DNA from: Ruminococcus albus 7 = DSM 20455
GTDB lineage: Bacteria > Bacillota > Clostridia > Oscillospirales > Ruminococcaceae
Direction of reading: 5' to 3'
Assembly (NCBI RefSeq): GCF_000179635.2
Contig: NC_014833.1
Coordinates: 1,110,001-1,142,000 of the forward strand
Length of the DNA: 32,000 nucleotides
The translations under genes were made by a program, and so were the position numbers. Shown here piece after piece: positions 1 through 8,863 of the stretch. Positions within the stretch are counted from its first letter, which is position 1. Each line of letters starts with the position of its first letter. The notes beneath the pieces are model-generated. The model searched no databases, was not told where the DNA came from, and worked only from the letters and a program-made list of their open reading frames with translations.

Positions 1-2
1 TG

Positions 3-3000
3 TATTACAGGAATATGGGTTACGATAAAGGCGGTGTACATCCGCACCTTACCTATGATGCGGGACCGTGGCATCATGTGTATACACTTCTGCTTATAGG
101 ATATATAGTTTACGGTCTGCTGATACTTTTCCTGACGATACATAAGGAGAAGAACAAGAAGAGCCTGAAAAGGCTTAGATACATAGCTGCATCGGTCGTG
201 GTGGAGGTAATATCATACATAATCTACCTGACGGGCATAACAAACGGATACAACCTGACTTCAATGGGATACTCAATAAGTACGGTAATAATGTATATAG
301 CTATATTCAAGTATGACCTGCTGGATACCCTGGAGCTTACAAGGGAATACGTTGTAGATAAGCTTTCGGAAGGTCTTATAGCAGTGGATACCGAAGGCAG
401 GGTCAGGTATTTCAATGAGCCTGCCAGGGAGCTGTATCCTCAGCTTGCAGATGCCCCTGAAGAAACGCTTGATATCATCGGGAAGGCAATAGAGGATGAT
501 GAGGTCATCACCATGGGTGAACGCAAATATACTCCGTGCATAGAAGCGCTGGAGTATGAGGGCGAGAATTTCGGACGTCTGTACAGACTGATAGACGATA
601 CCGAGCATTACAATTACATGGAGCAGCTGCGCGAACAGAGCCTTATAGCTGATAAGGCGAACCGTGCAAAATCTGCATTCCTTGCCAATATGTCCCATGA
701 GATACGAACGCCTATAAACGCAGTGCTCGGTATGGACGAGATGATCCTTCGTGAGAGCGGAGAACGCCAGATAATAGGGTATGCTGAGGATATCAGGAAC
801 GCGGGCAGGACGCTGCTTTCGCTCATAAATGATATACTTGATTTCTCAAAGGTAGAGCAGGGCAGGATGGAGCTGATACCAACGCAGTACGAGCTGGGTT
901 CAGCTATAAATGACCTTGTGAATATGATACGTCCCCGTGCTGATAAAAAAGGGCTCAGGTTCGATGTTAAGGTTGACAGCGGTATACCACATATGCTCGT
1001 GGGCGATGAGATAAGGGTCAAGCAGTGTGCGCTGAACCTGCTGACAAATGCTGTAAAATACACTGAGAAGGGCAGTGTGCACTTTGAGGTCGGGTATGAG
1101 AAAACAGGTGATAAAAGCATAAAGCTCAGATTCACTGTGAGTGATACGGGAATGGGTATCAAGCAGGAGAATATGGACAAGCTGTTCTCACCGTTCTCGC
1201 GTATCGAGGAAGGAAAGAACCGTTCCATCGAGGGTACGGGTCTTGGTATGAGCATAACCAGGCAGCTGCTTGAACTTATGGGCAGTGAGCTGGAGATAAA
1301 CAGCATTTACGGAAAGGGCTCGGTGTTTTCCTTTGCAGTTGAACAGCAGGTCGCCAAGTGGCAGCCTGTGGGTGATTTTACAAAGCGTTTCTCCGGCGGC
1401 AAGGGAGTTGCTGTTTACCGTGAACTTTTCCATGCACCGACGGCAAGGGTGCTGGTAGTGGATGACAATGCCATGAATCTGACAGTGTTCAAGGGTCTGC
1501 TCAAAAAGACACTGGTGGGCATAGATACTGCTTCATCGGGAGCAGAGGCTTTGCGGCTTGCTGCGCTGAACACTTATGATATATATTTTATCGACCACAT
1601 GATGCCCGATATGGACGGCATAGAAACAATGAAAAGGCTCCGTGCTATGGAGGGCAGGGAGGATGCTGTGTGCATCGCACTGACTGCCAACGCAGTATCA
1701 GGCGCAAGGGAGATGTATATCGAAGCGGGATTCAATGATTATCTTTCAAAGCCTATAGACGGTGAACGTCTGGAAAAGATGATGGCAGGTATACTGCCGA
1801 AGGAAAAGCTGGAGGTGCAGACAGTTACCGAGCGGCGTACTATAAAGACCGCACCGAAGGTACTGGTGGTAGATGATGATGCTGTCATCAGGACCACTGC
1901 TAAAAATATACTCAGCAAGGCATTCGATGTAATAACCTGCGACACAGGTGAGAAAGCGATAATGCTCACAAAAGGGCAAATGCCCGATGTTGTGCTGCTG
2001 GATATCAGCCTTACGGGTATGAACGGGTTTGAAGTTCTGGAAAAGTTGAAAGAAGATCCCGATATCAGGGATATACCTGTTATATTCGTTACAGGCGATG
2101 ACAGTGCCGAGGCTGAGAGCACAGGTTTCAAAAACGGAGCGGCTGACTATGTTAAAAAGCCTTTCTCGCCGGAGGTGCTTTTGCAGAGGACGAAACACGC
2201 GGCAGAGCTTTATCAGCTGCAGTCGGGCTTGAAAAGCGAGGTTGACAGGCAGCAGATCCGAAGCGAAAGGCTGTCGCTGGAAATGATGATGGCGCTGGCT
2301 AAGACCGTTGACGCGAAGGATCATTACACCAACGGACATTCCAACCGTGTGGCGATATACTCGGCTGAACTTGCACGCAGGCTTGGTAAGAGCGAGGCGG
2401 AGCAGCAGCAGATATTCCGCATGGGACTTATGCACGATATCGGCAAGATAGGTGTCAGTGAGGATATACTCAACAAGACATCGAGGCTGACGGATGAGGA
2501 ATTCATGCAGATAAAGCGGCACACTGTCATAGGCAGTGAGATACTGTCTTCCATAACCGAGATGCCGGGGCTTGCAACAGGAGCAAGATCCCACCACGAG
2601 AGGTATGACGGCAGCGGATATCCCGACGGTCTGAAAGGAAAGGACATCCCAGAAGCGGCGCGTATAATATGTGCTGCGGACTGCTATGATGCTATGACTT
2701 CCACAAGAACGTACTCAAAGCCCATGGAGCAGCAGAAGGTCAGGGATGAGTTCATCAGGTGCAGCGGAACGCAGTTCGACCCTGATGTTGCGGCGGCTAT
2801 GATACAGATGATAGACGATGATACCGACTACAGGATGAACGAGCAGGATTTCACCAATGACATATGGCTGGGTAGCGCAAAGCTGGAGGAGCTTAATGCA
2901 GGTGAGAACGCTTTGGCAGACAAGGGTTTTAACGGCATTGATGGTCTTGATGCGGATACAGGCATAAAGCACTGCGGCGGTGAGGATAATTACAGGCTGA

Positions 3001-3266
3001 CCCTTGAAGCGTTTGCCGATTCGGCTGAGGAATATGCAGAGAGCATACGCAGGTACATCGCGGAGGATGACAGGGAAAATGCTATGATAAAGCTGCATTC
3101 CCTCAAAGGTGCAGCCAGGACGATAGGCGCTGAAAGCTTAGGTGAGATGGCTTATGCGGGAGAGATGTACTACCGCGGCCGCACTGAGGATGAACCCGAT
3201 ATCGACGGTACACTTGCTGAGCTTGAGCGTATATCTGCGGCTGTAAGAAAAAGGCTTGATGTATGA
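3..3266 (+). CDS. Hybrid sensor histidine kinase / response regulator with HD-GYP and HPt domains. The 5' end is cut by the window edge.
   Basis: The ORF track gives 15..3266, but the frame is open back to nt 3, and only about 3 TM helices precede the PAS-like segment, so the N-terminus is probably missing. Motifs: H-box 'SHEIRTPIN'; HATPase 'DTGMGI...GTGLGMSI'. REC1: 'VVDDN..FIDHMMP..LTAN..SKP'. REC2: 'VVDDD..LLDISL..VTGD..KKP'. HD-GYP: 'HDIGK...HHERYDGSGYP'. HPt: 'HSLKGAARTIG'. Confidence 0.9.
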   Translation, partial: YYRNMGYDKGGVHPHLTYDAGPWHHVYTLLLIGYIVYGLLILFLTIHKEKNKKSLKRLRYIAASVVVEVISYIIYLTGITNGYNLTSMGYSISTVIMYIAIFKYDLLDTLELTREYVVDKLSEGLIAVDTEGRVRYFNEPARELYPQLADAPEETLDIIGKAIEDDEVITMGERKYTPCIEALEYEGENFGRLYRLIDDTEHYNYMEQLREQSLIADKANRAKSAFLANMSHEIRTPINAVLGMDEMILRESGERQIIGYAEDIRNAGRTLLSLINDILDFSKVEQGRMELIPTQYELGSAINDLVNMIRPRADKKGLRFDVKVDSGIPHMLVGDEIRVKQCALNLLTNAVKYTEKGSVHFEVGYEKTGDKSIKLRFTVSDTGMGIKQENMDKLFSPFSRIEEGKNRSIEGTGLGMSITRQLLELMGSELEINSIYGKGSVFSFAVEQQVAKWQPVGDFTKRFSGGKGVAVYRELFHAPTARVLVVDDNAMNLTVFKGLLKKTLVGIDTASSGAEALRLAALNTYDIYFIDHMMPDMDGIETMKRLRAMEGREDAVCIALTANAVSGAREMYIEAGFNDYLSKPIDGERLEKMMAGILPKEKLEVQTVTERRTIKTAPKVLVVDDDAVIRTTAKNILSKAFDVITCDTGEKAIMLTKGQMPDVVLLDISLTGMNGFEVLEKLKEDPDIRDIPVIFVTGDDSAEAESTGFKNGAADYVKKPFSPEVLLQRTKHAAELYQLQSGLKSEVDRQQIRSERLSLEMMMALAKTVDAKDHYTNGHSNRVAIYSAELARRLGKSEAEQQQIFRMGLMHDIGKIGVSEDILNKTSRLTDEEFMQIKRHTVIGSEILSSITEMPGLATGARSHHERYDGSGYPDGLKGKDIPEAARIICAADCYDAMTSTRTYSKPMEQQKVRDEFIRCSGTQFDPDVAAAMIQMIDDDTDYRMNEQDFTNDIWLGSAKLEELNAGENALADKGFNGIDGLDADTGIKHCGGEDNYRLTLEAFADSAEEYAESIRRYIAEDDRENAMIKLHSLKGAARTIGAESLGEMAYAGEMYYRGRTEDEPDIDGTLAELERISAAVRKRLDV

Positions 3267-3270
3267 TATA

Positions 3271-3302
3271 AGCCCGTGAACGTTGATCAGCGTTCACGGG
3301 CT
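3271..3302. terminator. Bidirectional rho-independent terminator between convergent genes
   Basis: Perfect 12-bp inverted repeat AGCCCGTGAACG / CGTTCACGGGCT (3271-3282, 3291-3302) with an 8-nt loop. A T-rich tail (ttgctttc) follows on the + strand. Confidence 0.75.
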
Positions 3303-3308
3303 TTGCTT

Positions 3309-4286
3309 TCATATATTTTCAATTGCTTCGGTACGTTCGGCTCTTTCATCGGTACACGATTTTTTTTCGCGGCTCAGATTGTTTGAGGACAGCAGAGATA
3401 TAAGTGCGAATATCATAAAACCTACCGTTACCAGGAACGGGAATCTTATAAGCGTATGCTGTGGTATCATGAACGGCAGCATACTTATAGCACCGCAGGG
3501 CGGAAAGTAAAATTCGGTTTTATCCACTGCCAGCAATACTGCACAACAGGTGATACCTGCGGCAGCAGCCATTGGAAGTCCTGCGATTTCACAAAGAAGT
3601 ATCCGTGAAGAGCAGCCGATGAATGTGCACAGTGCCATCATGGCAGTTGCTGTAGTCATATTCTTTTTTATAGGTGAACCGGGCGTGGACATCTCAGCGT
3701 ATGCGACCATCAGCGGCGGCATTATTAAGAATGGTTTGCCAAGGATTACGGGCAGAAAGCACACAATACCAATTGTTATCACCTGTTTGATGCGAAGCGT
3801 TATAAGCGCTTTGTCAGGCTCAATGTGAACATAACGGTGTTTGCTGCGCATTCCTGTTTTTTCAAGTATATGCTGTGCTGAAAGTATGAGCCCTGTCAGT
3901 ATGAATATCGACAGCGGGTAGGTAAAATTTTGTGTGCTGTTCATTATCGGGAGTATGCAGGTTGATATGGCCGGCAGAAAATCTGTCTGCGAAATGGTAA
4001 TGAGTGTCATCACCGCGGCAAGACCTATGGGGATCTTGATATACATAGGAACAGGCACAAATCTGACAACAGCCATTCCCAGAAGTGCTGAGGCGGTCAT
4101 CAGAAGCAACAGCCGAAGTTTGCTTGTGTTCCACGAACGTACAGGTGCAGCCAGTGCTCCGAGGGCAACAGCGCATATCTCGGGAAAAATGATATCGGTG
4201 TCGCCTGTTATATCTGATACCGCTACCATAAGCGAGCATAGTACTGCGCTTATCAGTATGGGTATTATTTTTTTCTTATCGAACAA
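3309..4286 (-). CDS. Polytopic membrane protein with two HPP-family-like halves
   Basis: The ORF track gives 3309..4319. I prefer the TTG at 4286, which has a GAGGTG SD (4293-4298) 6 nt upstream; the 4319 start lies about 5 nt from the predicted TSS and has no SD. The protein is very hydrophobic. Each half carries an 'F/MPP..' segment plus 'FLPAISTCILP' or 'FPPCGAISMLP', resembling the HPPAGA motif of the HPP family. Confidence 0.6.
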   Translation of the reverse strand: MFDKKKIIPILISAVLCSLMVAVSDITGDTDIIFPEICAVALGALAAPVRSWNTSKLRLLLLMTASALLGMAVVRFVPVPMYIKIPIGLAAVMTLITISQTDFLPAISTCILPIMNSTQNFTYPLSIFILTGLILSAQHILEKTGMRSKHRYVHIEPDKALITLRIKQVITIGIVCFLPVILGKPFLIMPPLMVAYAEMSTPGSPIKKNMTTATAMMALCTFIGCSSRILLCEIAGLPMAAAAGITCCAVLLAVDKTEFYFPPCGAISMLPFMIPQHTLIRFPFLVTVGFMIFALISLLSSNNLSREKKSCTDERAERTEAIENI

Positions 4287-4330
4287 TATGATCACCTCGT
4301 GATCTTTCACTGTAAACAAATCCTATAAAA

Positions 4331-4359
4331 ATTATAACATAACCCATTATCCAATTCAA
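4331..4359 (-). promoter_or_regulatory. Sigma-A-type promoter for the HPP-like gene
   Basis: On the minus strand: TTGAAT (4354-4359), 17 nt spacer, TATAAT (4331-4336). Confidence 0.5.
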
Positions 4360-4533
4360 TTAAGTTTTTTTGAACTTATTGGCTGTTATTTTTGTGTACG
4401 CTTAATTATCATGGATATCTGTCATGTCTTTTGTGAGTGTTGCAGGATATGTTGATATATTTAATAAATGATGATATTTGTATGTGTTAATAAAATGCCA
4501 ATGTTTTACAGTGAAGCCCCTATATACAAAAGA

Positions 4534-4560
4534 CCTCCCTCGATCATGGCTCGGGGGAGG
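4534..4560 (-). terminator. Rho-independent terminator downstream of the ABC-F gene
   Basis: The minus strand reads CCTCCCCCGA..loop..TCGAGGGAGG followed by TCTTTTGT. It starts 8 nt after the stop at 4568. Confidence 0.65.
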
Positions 4561-4567
4561 TTAGTAG

Positions 4568-6184
4568 TTATTCGATAAAGGACTTCATGCCCTGTTCTCT
4601 TCTCCATTCAAGGAATTCTTCGTAGGTTCCTGCACGGTCGATACAGCCGTCGGGTGTTATCTCGATGATGCGGTTTGCAACGGTCTGTACTATCTCGTGG
4701 TCGTGGCTTGCGAATATAACAACACCCTTGAAATCACGCAGTGCGTTGTTTACTGCGGTGATGGATTCGAGGTCGAGGTGGTTGGTGGGGCGGTCAAGCA
4801 GGATAACGTTGGAGCCGAAAAGCATCATTCGGCTGAACATACATCTTACCTTTTCACCGCCTGAGAGTACCTCAACGGGCTTGTATATCTCGTCGCCTGA
4901 GAACAGCATACGTCCCAGGAATCCGCGGAGAAATGTATCTGTTACCTCGGAAGTGGAGTAGGGGCGAAGCCAGTCAACTATGCTTTCGGTGTGTCCGTTG
5001 AAATACTCGGAGTTGTCAACAGGGAAGTATGAACGTGAAGTGGATACGCCCCACTTGATAGTACCCTCATCGGGTTCGGTCTCCTCAGCGAGTATCTTGA
5101 AAAGTGCGGTTATAGCCTGTTCGCTTTCGCCTATAAATGCCACCTTATCGGTGCGGGAGAGTGTGAAGCTGACATTGTTGAGAAGCTTTACGCCGTCAAC
5201 TGTCTTGGAGACATTATTTACTTTCAGTATATCCTTGCCCAGCTCGCGGTCGATATTGAAGCCGATGAACGGGTATTTTCTCGATGATGCGGGCATTTCC
5301 TCAACGCTCAGCTTATCCAGAAGCTTACGTCTTGCAGTAGCCTGACGGGACTTGGATTTGTTTGCGGAGAAACGGTTGATGAACTCCTGTAGCTCCTTGA
5401 TCTTTTCCTCGGCTTTCTTGTTCTGGTTTTTGATAAGTCTCTGCATCAGCTGTGAGGACTCGTACCAGAATTCGTAGTTGCCCACGTACATCTTGATCTT
5501 GGTGTAGTCGATATCAACGATATGTGTGCAGACATTGTTGAGAAAGTGTCTGTCGTGGCTGACAACCAGTACAGTACCGAAGTAGTCTGCAAGGAAATCT
5601 TCAAGCCAGCGGATAGCGTCGATATCCAGGTGGTTTGTAGGCTCGTCCAGCATGATGATATCGGGATTGCCGAAAAGTGCCTGTGCCAGCAGTACCTTGA
5701 CTTTCTCGTTACCCGATAGTCCTGACATCTGCTGATAGAGAAGGTCTTCGGAGAGACCCAGACCCTGTATCAGCTTGGAAGCATCGGATTCAGCCTCCCA
5801 GCCGTTGAGTTCTGCAAATTCGCTTTCCAGCTGACCTGCGCGGTCACCGTCTTCCTCGGAGAAATCTTCCTTGGCATAGAGGGCGTCTTTCTCCTGCATG
5901 ATATCATAAAGGCGCTTGTTGCCCATGATGACTGTATCCAGTACGGTATACTCATCATACGCGAAGTGGTCCTGCTTCAGCACGGAAAGGCGCTCGCCCT
6001 TGGTGATAGCTACCTCGCCTGTGGTGGGTTCAAGTTCGCCGTTGAGTATGCGCAGGAATGTGGATTTGCCTGCGCCGTTGGCACCTATGATACCATAGCA
6101 GTTGCCGTTGGTGAACTTGAGGTCTACGTCCTTGAAAAGAAGCTGTCCGCCAAAGGACAGGCTGACGTTTGAAACTGTTATCAT
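4568..6184 (-). CDS. ABC-F family ATPase, YbiT/YkpA-like (translation-associated ABC-F, no TM domain)
   Basis: 538 aa with two ABC cassettes joined by a basic linker. NBD1: 'GANGAGKST', 'LSGNEK', 'IMLDEPTNHLD'. NBD2: 'LSGGEK', 'SHDH'. AAGGAG SD 9 nt upstream of the ATG. Confidence 0.9.
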   Translation of the reverse strand: MITVSNVSLSFGGQLLFKDVDLKFTNGNCYGIIGANGAGKSTFLRILNGELEPTTGEVAITKGERLSVLKQDHFAYDEYTVLDTVIMGNKRLYDIMQEKDALYAKEDFSEEDGDRAGQLESEFAELNGWEAESDASKLIQGLGLSEDLLYQQMSGLSGNEKVKVLLAQALFGNPDIIMLDEPTNHLDIDAIRWLEDFLADYFGTVLVVSHDRHFLNNVCTHIVDIDYTKIKMYVGNYEFWYESSQLMQRLIKNQNKKAEEKIKELQEFINRFSANKSKSRQATARRKLLDKLSVEEMPASSRKYPFIGFNIDRELGKDILKVNNVSKTVDGVKLLNNVSFTLSRTDKVAFIGESEQAITALFKILAEETEPDEGTIKWGVSTSRSYFPVDNSEYFNGHTESIVDWLRPYSTSEVTDTFLRGFLGRMLFSGDEIYKPVEVLSGGEKVRCMFSRMMLFGSNVILLDRPTNHLDLESITAVNNALRDFKGVVIFASHDHEIVQTVANRIIEITPDGCIDRAGTYEEFLEWRREQGMKSFIE

Positions 6185-6218
6185 TTTACTTTACTCCTTA
6201 ATATTGAATATCCTTACT

Positions 6219-6647
6219 TTACTCTTTATCGTTCCAGCGGTAGGTGATGTTATCCGCGGAAATTGTTATCGTAGCTTCGATATCGCCGTATTTGCCGCAG
6301 CCGAACAGGTCGCATTCGTAGAGATAGCTTTGATAGCCCTTGTACTCTTTGAGAAATTCTATCTTCATACCGCTGTTCATAAGTTTAACGAACTCCTCAA
6401 AGGGGAGATCTCTGCGCAGGCAGATAGAGTCGTCGCCTTCATCGCGCCATTCAAATATATCAACATGGATATTTCGGTGCATATCGGGGTAGACTGTATG
6501 GAATTCTATCTCGCTTTTGCCCGTATCACAGGAAAGCATGGCAGTCCCCTTGATATACCAGAAACCCTCTTCAAATCCGAAAGTCAGCGTGCTGTCACCA
6601 AAGGTAAGGCTGGTGGCACGGCAGTCATGGAGAGAAAAATTCTCCAT
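6219..6647 (-). CDS. Hypothetical cytoplasmic protein (142 aa)
   Basis: Clean ORF on the same strand as both neighbours, with no family motif I recognise. There is no good SD in front of its ATG (see finding at 6584-6683). Confidence 0.5.
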   Translation of the reverse strand: MENFSLHDCRATSLTFGDSTLTFGFEEGFWYIKGTAMLSCDTGKSEIEFHTVYPDMHRNIHVDIFEWRDEGDDSICLRRDLPFEEFVKLMNSGMKIEFLKEYKGYQSYLYECDLFGCGKYGDIEATITISADNITYRWNDKE

Positions 6648-6680
6648 ATCGTTATCCGAATAATTAACATTCTTTTCTCC

Positions 6681-7148
6681 TTATTCAGTGGGGAGTATCA
6701 TCTCATGTTCCATAGGTACAAATCCGTATCTCTCGTAGAGAGGTCTCCCCATATCTGTGGCTTCAAGTGAGATGAAAGTTATGCCTTTAGCTTTAGCGTC
6801 ACAGGTAAGCAGGTCGAGTATTTTTGTGGCTATGCCCTGTCTGCGGTATGCGGGGTCGGTGTACATATTCATTATATAGGCTTTTCTCCCTGTGGGAACA
6901 TCGCAGGTGGGCATTACCCTGTAATAGCTTACTCCCCCTGCGGCGATGATATCATCACCGACATAAACGAGATATGCGGTATGGCTGCCGTCCGTCAGGG
7001 ACTGCCTGTAATATTCCCGGGACTGCTGTTCTATCACGGACATATCCGTATCATCGGGCAGTCTGTTCGCAGATATCAGAACTTTTATCCTTGATGAAAC
7101 GAGTATATCAAGGTCGCTGATGTCAGCGCGTTTGTATTCAGGTCTCAC
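6681..7148 (-). CDS. GNAT family N-acetyltransferase
   Basis: Acetyl-CoA motif A 'YRRQGIATKILDLL' plus 'LYERYGF'. The ORF track starts at 7157, but that GTG sits inside the SD GGAGGTG. The GTG at 7148 lies 8 nt downstream of GGAGG. Confidence 0.85.
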   Translation of the reverse strand: MRPEYKRADISDLDILVSSRIKVLISANRLPDDTDMSVIEQQSREYYRQSLTDGSHTAYLVYVGDDIIAAGGVSYYRVMPTCDVPTGRKAYIMNMYTDPAYRRQGIATKILDLLTCDAKAKGITFISLEATDMGRPLYERYGFVPMEHEMILPTE

Positions 7149-7191
7149 AGGACACACCTCCGCATAATATCATACTTTAAGATTATAACAT

Positions 7192-7220
7192 TTTACGTAA
7201 GCTTTGTAAATCGGCAAATC
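7192..7220 (-). promoter_or_regulatory. Sigma-A-type promoter for the GNAT gene
   Basis: On the minus strand: TTTACA (7215-7220), 17 nt spacer, TATAAT (7192-7197). Confidence 0.5.
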
Positions 7221-7252
7221 ATACGGAAAAAACTAAAATCTGAACAAAGCAG

Positions 7253-7281
7253 TTGACTGTTTGGGAAAAATAGGTTATAAT
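7253..7281 (+). promoter_or_regulatory. Sigma-A-type promoter for the DUF2461/EFR1 gene pair
   Basis: TTGACT (7253-7258), 17 nt spacer, TATAAT (7276-7281). It is divergent from the GNAT promoter. Confidence 0.55.
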
Positions 7282-7390
7282 ATATCTGAATAGATACTGC
7301 CCCTTTGAAGACAGGAGCAGGGAGTCTATACATGATCAATAAGAATAAGGATAGGACACGAGAGACAGAAAGAAAGCAGAGGAAACAGAT

Positions 7391-8080
7391 ATGCCTTTCA
7401 CACCTGAAGCACCGCAGTTTTTGTTTGAAAACTATACCCGCAACGACAAGGAATGGTTCAAGGCGAACAAGGAGACCTACGAAAGGGAAGTGCTTGTTCC
7501 CATGCGGGAGATGATAGAGTATCTTACACCGCTTATGAAGCGCATAGACAGCAGGATCGTATGCTCGCCGAAGAAGATCAGTCGTATATATAAAGATGTA
7601 AGGCTGATGAGGGACGGTATGTTCTTCAAGAAAAGTATATGGTTCTCGCTTATGCGTCCCAAGGAACAGTATGTGAGCAAGCCTGAGTTTTTCTTCTGGA
7701 TAAGTCCTGATGACTTCGGCTGGGGCTGCGGATATTATCATATACCCACGCCTGTGATGGATACTGTCCGCACACTTATACTCAACCGTGATAAGGCAGC
7801 GATGAAGGCTCTGGATGCTTACGACAGGCAGGAGAGCCTTGTGCTGGATGGTGAGCCGTACAAGAGAGACAGGTTCCCGAATGAACCGCTGCGATTCAAA
7901 AACTGGCTAAACAGGAGAAATCTGGCAGTGCTTCATACAAGTGACGATGCCGAGTTGTTTTTCGGTGATAAGCTTTGCGAAAGGGTCAAGGCAGACTTTG
8001 AAAGGATAGCCCCTGTTTATGAGCTTTTTATCAAGGCGGAAGATTCAGTGGCGGCAGAAGATACAGCGAAAACGAGGTGA
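7391..8080 (+). CDS. DUF2461 (TIGR02453) family protein
   Basis: N-terminal 'FLFENYTRNDKEWFKANKETYE' and 'SRIYKDVRL' match the pattern I recall for the DUF2461 family. Confidence 0.7.
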   Translation: MPFTPEAPQFLFENYTRNDKEWFKANKETYEREVLVPMREMIEYLTPLMKRIDSRIVCSPKKISRIYKDVRLMRDGMFFKKSIWFSLMRPKEQYVSKPEFFFWISPDDFGWGCGYYHIPTPVMDTVRTLILNRDKAAMKALDAYDRQESLVLDGEPYKRDRFPNEPLRFKNWLNRRNLAVLHTSDDAELFFGDKLCERVKADFERIAPVYELFIKAEDSVAAEDTAKTR

Positions 8081-8084
8081 GAAT

Positions 8085-8858
8085 ATGGTCTTGTATTTCA
8101 GCGGTACAGGCAATACCCGTTATGCGGCAGAGGTCATAGGACAGCTTCTCCGTTGTCAAGTCAAGGATATGAGAGACTTTATAAGGACAGGTGTCAAGAC
8201 AAAGTTCTATTCAAAAGCGCCGTATATAATATGTGCGCCCATATATGCGTGGAGATTTCCGCCGCTGGTCGAGGGCTTTCTTGAACGTTCTGACTTCTGG
8301 GGAAGTGATAAGGTATACTTTGTGGCTACCTGTGAATCACAGACAGGTGATGCTGCAAGGTATCTGAAGAAGATATGCGATAAAAAGGGTCTTACTTTCA
8401 TGGGATTTGCAGGCGTACCTATGCCGGAAAACTACATAGTCATGTATAAGCCCCCGAAAGAGGAAGAGCAGAAGCATATTTTCAGAATGGCTAACAGTGA
8501 ACTGGTCGGTATAGTCAACACTATCAGCAGAGGTGAGGTACTGAAAGATCGTCTGGATATGAAGCTGCTGAAACCTTTTACGAAACTGGTGAATCCCTGG
8601 TTCTTCGGTGCCTGCGTATCAAGCAGAAAATTTCGTACCACCGATAAATGCACAGGCTGCGGCAGATGTGCGGATGTCTGTCCATACGGCAGTATAAGCA
8701 TAGTTGGCGGCAGACCCGTATGGGGAGAAAAATGTATGCACTGTATGTCATGCATATGCGGATGTCCCACCGGGGCTATCGAGTACGGCAGAAGTACTGT
8801 GGGCAGGGACAGATATTTATGCAGGAAAAAGCCTAATATCACTTGGAGGTATAAATAG
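8085..8858 (+). CDS. EFR1-type protein: flavodoxin-like domain fused to a 2x[4Fe-4S] ferredoxin
   Basis: N-terminal 'MVLYFSGTGNTRYAAE' (flavodoxin-like). Two Cys clusters: 'CTGCGRCADVCP' and 'CMHCMSCICGCP'. I take the ATG at 8085, which has a GAGGTGA SD at 8074-8080, rather than the track start at 8019. The ATG lies 4 nt after the upstream stop. Confidence 0.8.
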   Translation: MVLYFSGTGNTRYAAEVIGQLLRCQVKDMRDFIRTGVKTKFYSKAPYIICAPIYAWRFPPLVEGFLERSDFWGSDKVYFVATCESQTGDAARYLKKICDKKGLTFMGFAGVPMPENYIVMYKPPKEEEQKHIFRMANSELVGIVNTISRGEVLKDRLDMKLLKPFTKLVNPWFFGACVSSRKFRTTDKCTGCGRCADVCPYGSISIVGGRPVWGEKCMHCMSCICGCPTGAIEYGRSTVGRDRYLCRKKPNITWRYK

Positions 8859-8863
8859 TTATC

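Noticed and set aside
6186-6224. Exact 11-nt direct repeat TTACTTTACTC (6186-6196 and 6214-6224) around the ABC-F start
   Set aside because: On the coding strand both copies read GAGTAAAGTAA, that is, SD-like or stop-codon-rich junction sequence. This is most simply coincidental reuse of AAGGAG/TAA-type junction motifs.
6219-7157. The GNAT gene plus the adjacent small gene as a GNAT-toxin/antitoxin pair
   Set aside because: The gene order (GNAT first) and size are wrong for TacT/AtaT-type modules. The partner has no RHH/DUF1778-like features. The GNAT looks like an ordinary housekeeping-type acetyltransferase.
7193-7741. 182-aa minus-strand ORF
   Set aside because: It overlaps the DUF2461 gene and both divergent promoters. 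It has no SD and no motifs. The + strand gene has clear family features.
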